From the NCBI GenBank assembly GCA_037924335.1, contig JAXSMZ010000002.1, positions 70,338 through 134,337 of the forward strand: 64,000 nucleotides of DNA. The letters are read 5' to 3'. Made by a program: the position numbers and the translations under genes. This stretch comes from Aquificaceae bacterium (GTDB taxonomy: Bacteria; Aquificota; Aquificia; Aquificales; Aquificaceae). Positions within the stretch are counted from its first letter, which is position 1. Every line of letters begins with the position of its first letter. Shown here piece by piece: positions 10,034 to 20,064 of this stretch. The notes beneath the pieces are model-generated. The model had not been told where the DNA came from. It saw only the letters and a list, made by a program, of their open reading frames with translations, and searched no databases.

Positions 10034-10881
10034 TCTCTTATGATAACCTTAGCACCGTTGCTGAGCGTTATTGTTCTCTCCTTTATAATAACGTTTGAAG
10101 CTTTTCTTTTATACCCTTGCGTAGTATCTTCTAAAATCTGAGCTTTTACTACGCTTATGTCCATCTGGTCTGCATTTATACCATACTTGTAAGGACCTTT
10201 TGCCAACAGAAGCACACCAAAGAAAGCTGGAACATAATTCCTTGTCTCCATGGGTAGCATATCCTTTGTAACCCAAAAGTCTACGCCTCCAGTTTTTGTC
10301 AGTACACAGTTTTCACCACAGTTATAAGCAGCTAAGGCAAGCTCCCAATTTCCAAACATAGAGTAAAGGTCTTTCAGATATTTAGCCGCTGCCTCTGTAG
10401 ACTTGATAACGTCGAACCTCTCATCCACGCTTGAATCCACCCTTAGCCCATATTTCCTCGCAGTTGACGGTATAAACTGCCAAAGTCCAGCTGCCCCAGA
10501 CCGTGATACAGCAGAAGGATTGAATGCACTCTCAATGACTGGAAGGAACGAAAGCTCGGGTGGCAAACCGTACCTCTCTATTATAGGCCTTATCAAGGGC
10601 ATATAGTAGCTGGCTCTCTGAAGGGTTTTTTCAAAGTAAGGCTTGTTTTGAAGATAGTATAACATGTACTTTCTTATTTCCTCACGGTCGGGAACAGGTA
10701 TACCAAAATTTCTTGCCTCGTATCTAACAAACTCCTCCTCTTCTTCTGAGAAAGTAAAGCTACCCTTCTGAATCAGCTGTATGTTATCTTTACTCCTCGG
10801 CATTATAGCCTGTTTGACCGTTGCTGTGCAAGAAAAAGTAAACAGGAGTACAACAGTTGTCCCTAATCCCCTTTTTTTCAT
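10030..10881 (-). CDS. Lytic transglycosylase (MltD-like SLT) lipoprotein
   Basis: IESAFNPSAVS, GLWQFIPSTA, ALAAYNCG, ETRNYV; lipobox-like FSC. Confidence 0.92.
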   Translation of the reverse strand: MKKRGLGTTVVLLFTFSCTATVKQAIMPRSKDNIQLIQKGSFTFSEEEEEFVRYEARNFGIPVPDREEIRKYMLYYLQNKPYFEKTLQRASYYMPLIRPIIERYGLPPELSFLPVIESAFNPSAVSRSGAAGLWQFIPSTARKYGLRVDSSVDERFDVIKSTEAAAKYLKDLYSMFGNWELALAAYNCGENCVLTKTGGVDFWVTKDMLPMETRNYVPAFFGVLLLAKGPYKYGINADQMDISVVKAQILEDTTQGYKRKASNVIIKERTITLSNGAKVIIRE

Positions 10882-11046
10882 CTCTCCTCCTTAGGATTAT
10901 TATAAGGCAAGATACACCAAATGTGAAATTCAAACACCCCAGACTGCTAAACTGATGTTAAGAACCCATAATACAATAGTTTATAAACAAAAGGTATCTG
11001 TAGGAATATGTAAACCATCACTCTATCTTTAATCCTTCATCATGGC

Positions 11047-11631
11047 TATACTGTCTCATCCATTGTGTAAAAAAAATACAAACGCTCCAATAACCCTAAC
11101 TCCAGAAATGGCTCATACGAAAAAACCATCAACACACCATCAGGACAGGTCAAAGTCTCTATACCAAGAGATAGACTATCTGAATTTGAACCAACGCTTG
11201 TCCCAAAAGGTGAAAAAGTCTTGCTTACTATACTCCAAGGGTCTATCCACAAGAGATATTCAAGATATCCTTGAAGACATCTATAGATACTTGGCTTTTG
11301 GCTTGCAAAACAGGAAAGTGCCAGCTTTTGGGTAAATGTTCTGAATGACCTCAAGGCAAGAGGAGTAGAGGACATATGAGCGACCATCAGAAGTGTTTGG
11401 TGCATAAGGTAAGGAACAGTCTCAAATTACAAGTATCCGTATGAGATAAAGAGGATGCTTGCGACGACTAACTTTGTGTAAACAGCAAGATAAGGAAGGT
11501 GATATATGGCAAGAGGATATTTCCTACAGATGAAGCTTTACTGAAAGTGTGTTATGGGATAGCGATGGACTTAGAGGAGAAGGGTAGGTTATGAGGTATG
11601 GTAGAATTTACACAAATTTTGAAACAGTCCC
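11047..11631 (+). mobile_element. Internally deleted IS256-family element (transposase pseudogene with both ends)
   Basis: Fragments in different frames: RNGSYEKTINTPSGQVKVSIPRDRLSEFEP, YSKGLSTRDIQDILEDIY, FWVNVLNDLKARGVEDI, QKCLVHKVRN, RIFPTDEALLK; imperfect IRs ACTGTCTCATCCATTGTGTAAA (11050-11071) and TTTACACAAATTTTGAAACAGT (11607-11628). Confidence 0.88.
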
Positions 11632-11832
11632 GCTTAACTTGAAAAGGACACAGAAGATAAAGAGGTATAGGAGAATAAGGCGAAGGAACAACAGCAGGTG
11701 GTGGAAGGTGTGATAAGTCAGATAAAGCTTTTTAATGTTGGCAGTGGATGAGGGACTTTAACTTGTGTGCTTGTGTACGTAATAGCTATTACAGGAGGTG
11801 GGCTTGATAATGCCTAATTTCTCACCCGGCGT
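11632..11832 (+). mobile_element. 3' remnant of a second IS (IS982-like DDE transposase C-terminus plus right end)
   Basis: QQVVEGVISQIKLFN followed by an in-frame stop; ends in TTCTCACCCGGCGT, whose reverse complement recurs (13/14) at 26404. Confidence 0.5.
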
Positions 11833-11859
11833 ATTTTACCTTATATAATTCTGTAAGCT

Positions 11860-13233
11860 ATGTTGATGTTGTCTGTATTACTGTACATACTGGCAAGCCT
11901 AATGGTTGGTATGATGGCAAGCAGATGGGTTAAAAATTCCGGAGATTTTCTTCTCGCAGGTCGTAGGTTGCCCCTTTACTTATCAGCTTCTGCCCTTTTT
12001 GCCACATGGTTTGGCTCTGAGACTGTGCTGGGTGCATCATCAAAGATGGCTAAGGATGGGCTCTATGGCGTTATAGAGGACCCATTTGGTGCTTCCCTCT
12101 GCCTCTTTTTAATAGGGATCTTCTTTGCAAAACCTCTATATAGGATGAACCTTCTGACCTTTGGTGACTTCTACAGGGTAGTTTATGGAAGGAGGGTTGA
12201 GGTGCTAGCAAGTCTTATTCTTGCTCTGTCTTACTTAGGATGGATAGCAGCTCAGATGGTTGCCATGGGGATAGTCTTAAGCATTACTCTGTCAGTACCA
12301 AAATATGTAGGTATGGTAATAGGCTTTAGCGTTGTGCTTCTTTACACATTCTGGGGTGGCATGTGGGCTGTTTCTCTCACAGACTTCTTGCAAACCCTAA
12401 TGATCCTTTTTGGTCTTACATTCACTCTCTACGAAGTATCCCAAGGTTTTTCTCAACTGATGCCTACCCTTTCATCACAACCAAAAGAGTTCTACAGGTT
12501 CTTCCCTGAGGTGGACCTTCACGATGTCGCTCTTTATATATCTGCCTGGATCACGATAGGGCTTGGGTCTATACCGCAGCAGGATGTTTTTCAACGTATT
12601 ATGTCTGCGAGGTCAGAGAGGGTGGCAGTCCTATCTTCGCTTACTGCTGGCTTTATGTATCTCACTGTGGCAATGATACCCATTGCGTTGGCCATCTTTG
12701 CCAAGAATTACTATCCTAAGGAAGAGGATGCCCAGATGCTTCTTCCTAAGCTTGTTACAGAGCATACAAGCTTTTTTACTCAAGTTCTCTTCTTTGGGGC
12801 GCTTCTTTCGGCCATAATGAGCACTGCAAGCGGTGCCATACTTGCACCATCTGCTGTACTAAGTGAAAACTTAGTAAGACCTATATTCAAAAACATATCC
12901 GACAGAAGGTTTCTTTGGATAACACGTGGGTGCGTCTTGGTTGTATCCTTTTCTTCTTTAGTTCTCGCCTTTCTGGGGGAGTCTATTTATGAGCTGGTGG
13001 GAAGTTCATCAGCCCTTAGCCTTGTGTCCCTTTTTGTTCCTCTAACCGCCGGTCTCTATTTTAAGGGTTCAAACCCTACAAGCGCCATAGTTTCCATGGT
13101 CTGTGGCCTTTTTGTTTGGCTTTATCTTGAGTATGCTCTAAACTCTGAGTACTCCCTCTTGTTGGGTTTATTGGCTAGCCTTTTGGCTTACCTTTTATCC
13201 TCAGCTTTTACTAAACTACGGTATAAGTTCTAA
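11860..13233 (+). CDS. Sodium:solute symporter (SSS family, choline-transporter-like)
   Basis: DFLLAGRRLP, ATWFGSETVLG, GGMWAVSLTD, QDVFQR, SAIMSTAS. Confidence 0.93.
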   Translation: MLMLSVLLYILASLMVGMMASRWVKNSGDFLLAGRRLPLYLSASALFATWFGSETVLGASSKMAKDGLYGVIEDPFGASLCLFLIGIFFAKPLYRMNLLTFGDFYRVVYGRRVEVLASLILALSYLGWIAAQMVAMGIVLSITLSVPKYVGMVIGFSVVLLYTFWGGMWAVSLTDFLQTLMILFGLTFTLYEVSQGFSQLMPTLSSQPKEFYRFFPEVDLHDVALYISAWITIGLGSIPQQDVFQRIMSARSERVAVLSSLTAGFMYLTVAMIPIALAIFAKNYYPKEEDAQMLLPKLVTEHTSFFTQVLFFGALLSAIMSTASGAILAPSAVLSENLVRPIFKNISDRRFLWITRGCVLVVSFSSLVLAFLGESIYELVGSSSALSLVSLFVPLTAGLYFKGSNPTSAIVSMVCGLFVWLYLEYALNSEYSLLLGLLASLLAYLLSSAFTKLRYKF

Positions 13234-13234
13234 G

Positions 13235-14026
13235 CTACTCCCATCCCCCACCTTCTATTCCTTCCTCAAGGGTTTTTGGTATTTGAACTTTTATACCAAA
13301 GAGAAGCTTCATCTGTAAAGCATTGTAAACGGCCTGCGCCCTTGCCGTGTTATTAAAAAAAATGTAAGTGTCCTTATTACCGAGCTTTTTTATTTTTTCC
13401 CTCAACCTTTTCAGCTCATCTAAAGAGTAAAGATAGTCATATAGCCTCTCTGGGTCTCTTCCATGAAGCCTCACGTAGTTAACATTACCGTATGGTTTCC
13501 AAGGTCCTACCAGAAATCTGCTTTCTTTCGGTGCGTCCGTGTTAACAAGGGAGAAACCCAGTTCCTCCAAAAATTCATAAAAACTAACTTTTTTAAAGCT
13601 TTTGCTCCTTACCTCAATAACCTTCTCAGCACCCCTAAAATCTTCGGAAAGCTTTTTTATGTAATCGAGGTTCTCCTGATTGTAATGAAAGCTTTCTGGA
13701 AACTGAAAAAGCAAAGCTATAAGCCTATCCTCCTCGAGAATAGGTCCTACGCTGTCTAAGAATCTTTTTGCATTTTCCTCAGTATAGTTTCTGTAGTGTG
13801 TAAAGGACCTATGCGCTTTTACTGAGAACTTGAGGTTTCTCGCCTTTGATGATAAGCTCTTTATAACAGACTTCTTTGGAAAGGAGTAAAAGGAAAAATT
13901 AAGCTCAACAACGTCAAAGTACTTTGAATAGTAGGTTATAAACTCACCCCTTTCTAAGTTTCCAGGGTAAAAAACCCCTTTCCAATCTAAGTAGGAAAAG
14001 CCACTGCAACCTACGTAAACCCTCAA
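13235..14026 (-). CDS. DUF72 family protein
   Basis: [32 protein letters not shown]. Confidence 0.92.
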   Translation of the reverse strand: MRVYVGCSGFSYLDWKGVFYPGNLERGEFITYYSKYFDVVELNFSFYSFPKKSVIKSLSSKARNLKFSVKAHRSFTHYRNYTEENAKRFLDSVGPILEEDRLIALLFQFPESFHYNQENLDYIKKLSEDFRGAEKVIEVRSKSFKKVSFYEFLEELGFSLVNTDAPKESRFLVGPWKPYGNVNYVRLHGRDPERLYDYLYSLDELKRLREKIKKLGNKDTYIFFNNTARAQAVYNALQMKLLFGIKVQIPKTLEEGIEGGGWE

Positions 14027-15534
14027 GGTATAAACTTAGACTTGAAGTCCTTAAGAGCTTCCTCCAGTTTTTTCTTGAGCTCGTCGTCAAGAGCTTTCTT
14101 TTCCTTTATCTCCTTGAGAATATTTAGCCTTTCCCTTTCCATATAAGCATAGAGCTCTTTCTCAAATTTTCTCACAGCATGAACGGGGATATCATCCAAG
14201 TAGCCATTTGTACCTGCATATATGGCAACTATCTGCTTCTCCACCGGTATGGGGCTGTAAGGCTCTTGCTTTAGCAGTTCTACAAGCCTCAGTCCTCTGT
14301 TTATAGTTTGCTGTGTAGCTTTATCCAACTCAGAAGCGAATTGAACAAAGGCCTCAAGCTCTCTGAACTGTGCCAAGTCAAGCCTCAGTGTACCCGCAAC
14401 TTGCTTCATTGCCTTTATCTGAGCAGCTCCACCGACACGGGAAACGGATAGACCTACGTTTATGGCTGGCCTTACACCTTTGTTGAAGAGGTCTGGCTCT
14501 AAGTATATCTGCCCATCTGTTATGGATATAACGTTGGTTGGTATATAAGCTGCAACGTCACCAGCCTTTGTTTCCACTATGGGAAGGGCCGTAAGAGATC
14601 CTGCACCTAAATCATCGCTTAGCTTGGCAGCTCTCTCTAGGAGCCTTGAATGAAGGTAGAAAACGTCACCTGGGTAAGCCTCCCTTCCTGGCGGCCTTCT
14701 CATGAGAAGGGAGAGCTGTCTGTAAGCTTCGGCATGCTTTGAAAGATCATCGTATATGACAAGGGCATGTCTTCCGCTGTCCCTAAAGTACTCTCCTATG
14801 GTGCATCCTACAAAGGGTGCCAGATACTGCAAAGAAGCTGGGTCCGTTGCAGAAGCCACAACAACGCATGTGTAATCCATAGCACCGTATCTTTCGAGTA
14901 TCTCTATTATCCTTGCGGTTGTTGAACGCTTTTGCCCTATAGCGACGTATATACAGTAAACATCCGTATCCTTTTGGTTTAGTATGGTATCTATGCATAT
15001 GGTGGTCCTTCCCGTGGAACGGTCGCCTATTATTAGCTCCCTCTGCCCTCTGCCTATGGGGATCATGGCATCTATGGCTTTTATTCCAGTCTGCAGGGGT
15101 TCATGTACAGATTTCCTCTTTACAACTCCAGGTGCTATCTTCTCTATGGGAGACCTATACTCGTACTTTATGGGACCCTTTCCATCTAGGGGATTTCCAA
15201 GCGGGTCTACAACTCTGCCTATCAACCCTTCACCAACTGGTGTATCAAGGATCCTTCCAGTTCTCCTTACTATAGAACCCTCTTTTATACCGCTCTCACT
15301 ACCAAGAACTATAAGACCCACATTGTCTTCTTCAAGGTTAAAGGCAAGTCCCATAACACCGCCTTCAAACTCAACCAACTCGTTTGCCATCACATTATCA
15401 AGTCCATAAGCCCTTGCAACACCGTCACCGACGTAATAAACAACGCCTATCTCTTCCATCTTTGCTGTAGTTTCAAAACCTTTTATCTGCTCTTTGAGCA
15501 GCTCAAGAGCCTCTTGATAGGTAAGCATTGCCAT
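14023..15534 (-). CDS. atpA: F1Fo ATP synthase alpha subunit
   Basis: [35 protein letters not shown]. Confidence 0.98.
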   Translation of the reverse strand: MAMLTYQEALELLKEQIKGFETTAKMEEIGVVYYVGDGVARAYGLDNVMANELVEFEGGVMGLAFNLEEDNVGLIVLGSESGIKEGSIVRRTGRILDTPVGEGLIGRVVDPLGNPLDGKGPIKYEYRSPIEKIAPGVVKRKSVHEPLQTGIKAIDAMIPIGRGQRELIIGDRSTGRTTICIDTILNQKDTDVYCIYVAIGQKRSTTARIIEILERYGAMDYTCVVVASATDPASLQYLAPFVGCTIGEYFRDSGRHALVIYDDLSKHAEAYRQLSLLMRRPPGREAYPGDVFYLHSRLLERAAKLSDDLGAGSLTALPIVETKAGDVAAYIPTNVISITDGQIYLEPDLFNKGVRPAINVGLSVSRVGGAAQIKAMKQVAGTLRLDLAQFRELEAFVQFASELDKATQQTINRGLRLVELLKQEPYSPIPVEKQIVAIYAGTNGYLDDIPVHAVRKFEKELYAYMERERLNILKEIKEKKALDDELKKKLEEALKDFKSKFIP

Positions 15535-15571
15535 AATATACCTCCTTGTATAACTTTATACTAATTATACC

Positions 15572-17137
15572 ATGTTAATTCGTATAAATTTGCAGGATTT
15601 TTTCCTGATAAAAGGAGAAGAGGTAGAGTTTGGTCCAAGTCTTAACGCATTGACAGGTGAATCGGGTACTGGTAAGTCTCTTACAGTTTCTTCCATGCTT
15701 TTCCTTATGGGGAGACAAGGAGATTATCCGGATGGTACATGCGTTGAGGCTACCTTTTTGGATGGAAGTGAAGAGGTTGTGGTCAGAAGGGAGGTCATTA
15801 ATGGAAAGAGTAAGTATTACGTAAATGGTAAGGGTAGCGTTCAAAAGGTTGTGAAGGACATAGTATCCCGTATGGTACTTCTGCAGGGACAAAACGACAG
15901 ACTTAAGGTCCTAAGAAAGGACTTTCAAAGGGATGTTTACGACAAGTTCAGCGGGGTATTAGAAAAAAGAAAAGAATACGAGAGACTATACTCTGAGCTT
16001 GAAAGCTTGAGGGAAGAGTTGAAAAACCTACATCAGTTGGAGAGGGAAAGGAGCATAAGGTTGAGATTGCTTCAAGAGGAGCTAAGGGATATAGAAAGCG
16101 TTGGACTAAGCTGGGAGGATTATGAAGAGATAAAGGATAAGCTGGATAGGCTTTCGCACGCGGAGAAGATAAATTCCATCATCTGCAGAGCCATAAGCCA
16201 CATGGAAGATGATGAGGGGGTCCTTTGGAGGATGGGAGAGATAAAGAAGGCAGTGCAACAGCTTTATCAATACGACAGGTCTGTGGAAGACATCCTAAAG
16301 AACATAGAAGGCATCAAAGAGGAAATGGTATACATAAAAAACGTATTAGAATCAAGGCTTCTTGATGTAGACATTGAAGAGTTAAACAGGCTTAACGAAA
16401 GGGTCTACTTGGTACAAAGGTTGGAAAGACGTTACAACGTGAAGTACAGAGAGATTCTGAAGCATGCCGAGGAGCTAAAGGCACAGATAAACATGCTCAT
16501 GGAGGGTCAGACAAACAGAGAACTTTTAGAGAGGGAGATCCATGCTTTGGAAGAAAGATCAAAGAGCTTAGAAGAAGTACTAACAAAAAACAGACTGGCT
16601 TCAAGGGAATCTTTTGAGGGAAAGGTCATGGAGATACTAAAGGAGGTAGGTTTAGAAAGATCTTCCTTTAAGGTGGATATCTTTGAGGAAGCCGGAAGGT
16701 ATGGAAGGGAAGGTATAAACTTCCTCTTTTCATCTTACGGTGGGGAAGAAAAGCCCTTGGAGCATATAGCCTCCGGTGGTGAGATATCAAGACTTGCCTT
16801 GGCCCTGTTCTTCCTTTTCCCATCATCTGAGACTTACGTGCTTGATGAGATAGACACTGGAATAAGCGGAGAGACATCCATAAAGCTTGCAAAGCTTCTG
16901 AAGAAACTCTCCAAGAATATGCAAGTTATAGTAGTTACGCATTCACCAGCCATAGCCAGTGCAGCGGACAGACATATAACAACGAGTAAGGAGTTTATTG
17001 GAAACATAGCCTTTGTAAGAATTAGGGAGTTGGATGGCGAAGAGAGGCTAAAGGAAATAGCAAGGCTTATGGGGGTAGTTTCTGAAAAGACCTTAGAAGG
17101 TGCAAGAGAGCTTATAAAAGAGGTATGCAATGTTTGA
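15572..17137 (+). CDS. recN: DNA repair protein RecN
   Basis: TGESGTGKS, coiled coil, ASGGEISR, LDEIDTGISG, VTHSP. Confidence 0.94.
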   Translation: MLIRINLQDFFLIKGEEVEFGPSLNALTGESGTGKSLTVSSMLFLMGRQGDYPDGTCVEATFLDGSEEVVVRREVINGKSKYYVNGKGSVQKVVKDIVSRMVLLQGQNDRLKVLRKDFQRDVYDKFSGVLEKRKEYERLYSELESLREELKNLHQLERERSIRLRLLQEELRDIESVGLSWEDYEEIKDKLDRLSHAEKINSIICRAISHMEDDEGVLWRMGEIKKAVQQLYQYDRSVEDILKNIEGIKEEMVYIKNVLESRLLDVDIEELNRLNERVYLVQRLERRYNVKYREILKHAEELKAQINMLMEGQTNRELLEREIHALEERSKSLEEVLTKNRLASRESFEGKVMEILKEVGLERSSFKVDIFEEAGRYGREGINFLFSSYGGEEKPLEHIASGGEISRLALALFFLFPSSETYVLDEIDTGISGETSIKLAKLLKKLSKNMQVIVVTHSPAIASAADRHITTSKEFIGNIAFVRIRELDGEERLKEIARLMGVVSEKTLEGARELIKEVCNV

Positions 17138-17804
17138 AGATATACTGGAAGCTAAGCATAAAGTAGAAAAGTATGTAAAGAAAAGAATGGAAGAGTTTTC
17201 AAGCCTAAAAGAGAAAGGAATAACTCACTACGACTTTAGGCCCTTTCTCCAGGTAGACTTTTACGCAGATACTTTTTCTGAGCTTTGCTTTTGTCTGCTA
17301 ACGGCAAACTCCTCTGCAAGCATGGGGATAAAGATCCAAAAGGAGATAGGCATAGATGGATTTAAGAGTTTGAGCAGCGATGAGCTTGGACGTATTCTTT
17401 CAAAACATGGCCACAGGTTTGCACTTCAAAGAGCAGAGAGAATAGTAAAAGCTCGGGACCTCTTTGATGATATCCTTGACCTTATAAAGAAAGCGAAGAG
17501 TGGAAAAGAGGTCAGAGAACTTCTCAGCGATAGCTGTTCCAAATACAAAGTGGAAGGCTTTGGTCTAAAGGAGGCTTCTCACTTTTTGAGGAACATAGGT
17601 TTTCAAGACGTTGCCATAATTGACAGACATGTCTTCAGATACATAAAAGAGAAGGACATGCTATCAGACCAGAAGACTGTTACCAGGAGAATTTACCTTA
17701 GGGCTGAAGAGGAGCTTGAGAAGGTTTGCAGTAGCTTAGGAATGGTGCAAGCTGAGCTTGACCTTTACATATTCTACATAAAAACGGGCAAAGTGTTAAA
17801 ATAG
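17130..17804 (+). CDS. ogg: 8-oxoguanine N-glycosylase/DNA lyase (Ogg2 type)
   Basis: ELCFCLLTANSSA, GLKEASHFLRNIG, C-terminal KTGKVLK. Confidence 0.92.
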   Translation: MFEDILEAKHKVEKYVKKRMEEFSSLKEKGITHYDFRPFLQVDFYADTFSELCFCLLTANSSASMGIKIQKEIGIDGFKSLSSDELGRILSKHGHRFALQRAERIVKARDLFDDILDLIKKAKSGKEVRELLSDSCSKYKVEGFGLKEASHFLRNIGFQDVAIIDRHVFRYIKEKDMLSDQKTVTRRIYLRAEEELEKVCSSLGMVQAELDLYIFYIKTGKVLK

Positions 17805-17810
17805 TTTACC

Positions 17811-18380
17811 ATGGCAGTGAGGATAGACATAAACAGTGTGCAAAGGGATATGTTCATTGAGTACAACGGACAACCATACAGGGTTATGGATTACGAACAT
17901 GTCAAGCCAGGAAAAGGGCAAGCCTTCGTGAGGGTCAAAGCCAAAAACATGACAACGGGTAACGTGATAGAGATAACTTACAAATCTTCTGATACCATTG
18001 AACTCGCAGACTTTGAACAGGTTTTTGCCGAATACTCTTACAACGATGGAAGCAACTATTACTTTATAAGCCAACAGACCTACGAGATGATACCAGTTCC
18101 AGCGGACAACGTAAAGGATGAAGGGAAGTTTTTGAAAGAGGGTATGACGGTGGTTGTGTTCCTTTACAGAGGACAACCGATAGGCATTGAACTTCCAAAG
18201 CATGTAGAGTTAAGAGTTGTAGAGACTGAGCCAGCCTTTAAAGGTGATACAGCTGCCGGTGGTTCTAAGCCAGCAAAGTTGGAAACTGGTGCGGTTATCC
18301 AGGTTCCTTTCTTTGTATCGGAGGGAGACATAATAAAGGTGGATACAAGAAAAGGTGTATACGTGGAGAGAGTAAAGTAA
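17811..18380 (+). CDS. efp: Elongation factor P
   Basis: HVKPGKGQAFVR, KPAKLETG, VPFFV. Confidence 0.97.
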   Translation: MAVRIDINSVQRDMFIEYNGQPYRVMDYEHVKPGKGQAFVRVKAKNMTTGNVIEITYKSSDTIELADFEQVFAEYSYNDGSNYYFISQQTYEMIPVPADNVKDEGKFLKEGMTVVVFLYRGQPIGIELPKHVELRVVETEPAFKGDTAAGGSKPAKLETGAVIQVPFFVSEGDIIKVDTRKGVYVERVK

Positions 18381-18820
18381 TGGATAAGGAGTTTATAAAA
18401 GAGATCATAGCTCTTTTAAAAGGGTCTGACATAAAAAGCTTGAGCATAGAAACGGAAGGGTTAAAGCTTCTAATAGAAACGCATCAAAAAGAGTACGTAC
18501 AAAGAGCAGAAACCCTCAGAGAAGTCAAACACATAGAAATAATGCCTACATCTGAGCCTGTTAGTGAAGAGGAGAAGCTGCATGTTATAAAGAGCCCTTT
18601 GGTTGGCACTTTTTACAGGTCTCCATCGCCTGGTGCACCACCCTTCGTTGAAGTAGGGGACCTGGTTTCCCCTGGCCAAGTGCTTTGCATCATAGAAGCC
18701 TTAAAAGTTATGAACGAGATAGAAAGCGATGTGAGGGGTAAGGTCATAAAGGTCCTTGTGGAAAACGGGCAGACGGTAGAGTATGGACAACCCCTCTTTT
18801 TGATAGATACAAAGTTATGA
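18380..18820 (+). CDS. accB: Biotin carboxyl carrier protein
   Basis: SPLVGTFYRSPSP, IEALKVMNEI. Confidence 0.95.
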   Translation: MDKEFIKEIIALLKGSDIKSLSIETEGLKLLIETHQKEYVQRAETLREVKHIEIMPTSEPVSEEEKLHVIKSPLVGTFYRSPSPGAPPFVEVGDLVSPGQVLCIIEALKVMNEIESDVRGKVIKVLVENGQTVEYGQPLFLIDTKL

Positions 18821-19242
18821 ACATGGAAGAAAAGAAAGTCTCTTTTAGACTCTCCCAGCTTGAGAACACTTACAAAGCCCAGACATCCTCTGGAGAAATA
18901 CTCGTGGGTGAAAAAGCTTTCCGCCCCATGGAACTGGTCCTCGTTGCTCTCGGTGGTTGTTCCGGCGTTGATGTATCAAACATACTCAAGAAAAAGAGGC
19001 AAAAGGTGAAGGATATAAGGATAGAGATTGTTGGAAAAAGAAGGAAAGAATTCCCAAGGGTTTATGAGAGCATAAAGCTCAAATATATCGTGATAGGAGA
19101 GGGTATGAGCAGGAAGGCTGTTGAGGATGCCATAAGATTGTCCATTGAAAAGTACTGTAGTATCTATGCCATGCTAAAGGAGGCTGTCAACATAGACGTG
19201 GAGATGGATGTATGGGAAGAGAAAGACTATCAGCCAAGCTAA
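18817..19242 (+). CDS. OsmC/YhfA family protein
   Basis: RPMELVLVALGGCSGVDV, EKYCSI. Confidence 0.9.
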   Translation: MNMEEKKVSFRLSQLENTYKAQTSSGEILVGEKAFRPMELVLVALGGCSGVDVSNILKKKRQKVKDIRIEIVGKRRKEFPRVYESIKLKYIVIGEGMSRKAVEDAIRLSIEKYCSIYAMLKEAVNIDVEMDVWEEKDYQPS

Positions 19243-20024
19243 ATCATCTCAGAGAGGAGAAGGAGAAAGCTTTAGTTTCTTACCTTCTTGCTGGATATCC
19301 GGAAAAGGAAACATCCCTATTGGCCTTTAGAAAGGTCTTGGAAGGTGGAACGGATATTTTGGAGATAGGTTTCCCCTTCTCAGACCCAGTGGCAGATGGC
19401 CCAACCTTACAGGAGGCTCACGACGTAGCACTGAGGAAGGGTACAAAGTCAAGGGATGTGTTTGAGATAAGCTCTAAGCTTAGGGAGGAGTTCAAGGATG
19501 TTCCCTTCCTGCTCATGACTTACTACAATCCCATGTTCAAAATTGGATTGGAAAGGTTTTGTAAGCTCTCCAAATATAGCGGCATAGATGGGTTCATCGT
19601 CCCTGACCTTCCAGCAGAAGAGTCAAAGGAGCTTAAAGTTTACACAGAGAAGAATGACCTTGCTCTTGTGATGCTTGCTTCTCCCACAAGCAATGAAAGG
19701 AGGTTGAATCTCATATGCAGAACTACCGATTGCATGACCTACTTCATATCCATAACGGGGACAACTGGAACAAGGGACAGCTTGCCCATAGAAAGCCTGA
19801 GGAAGAATGTGGAGAGATACAGAAAGAGCTGTGAAAAACCAGTGGTTGTTGGATTTGGCATCTCAAAGGGAGAGCAGGCGAGCCAAATAGCGGAGTTTTC
19901 TGACGGCGTTGTTGTTGGCAGTGCTTTAGTCAGACTCTTAAAGGAAGGTAGTTTAGAGAAGCTTCTGGAAAAAGTTGTTGAGTTAAAATCATCGTTAAAG
20001 TTCTGTAAAAACTCAGATAAATAA
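19212..20024 (+). CDS. trpA: Tryptophan synthase alpha chain
   Basis: LEIGFPFSDPVADGP, LMTYYNP, VGFGIS, DGVVVGSA. Confidence 0.96.
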   Translation: MGRERLSAKLNHLREEKEKALVSYLLAGYPEKETSLLAFRKVLEGGTDILEIGFPFSDPVADGPTLQEAHDVALRKGTKSRDVFEISSKLREEFKDVPFLLMTYYNPMFKIGLERFCKLSKYSGIDGFIVPDLPAEESKELKVYTEKNDLALVMLASPTSNERRLNLICRTTDCMTYFISITGTTGTRDSLPIESLRKNVERYRKSCEKPVVVGFGISKGEQASQIAEFSDGVVVGSALVRLLKEGSLEKLLEKVVELKSSLKFCKNSDK

Positions 20025-20064
20025 ATACATTGAATTGAACAGCTTTAGTGGATATTCTAAAAGT

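Noticed and set aside
11042..11405. 97-aa and 119-aa ORFs
   Set aside because: Chance frames across the broken IS256 transposase
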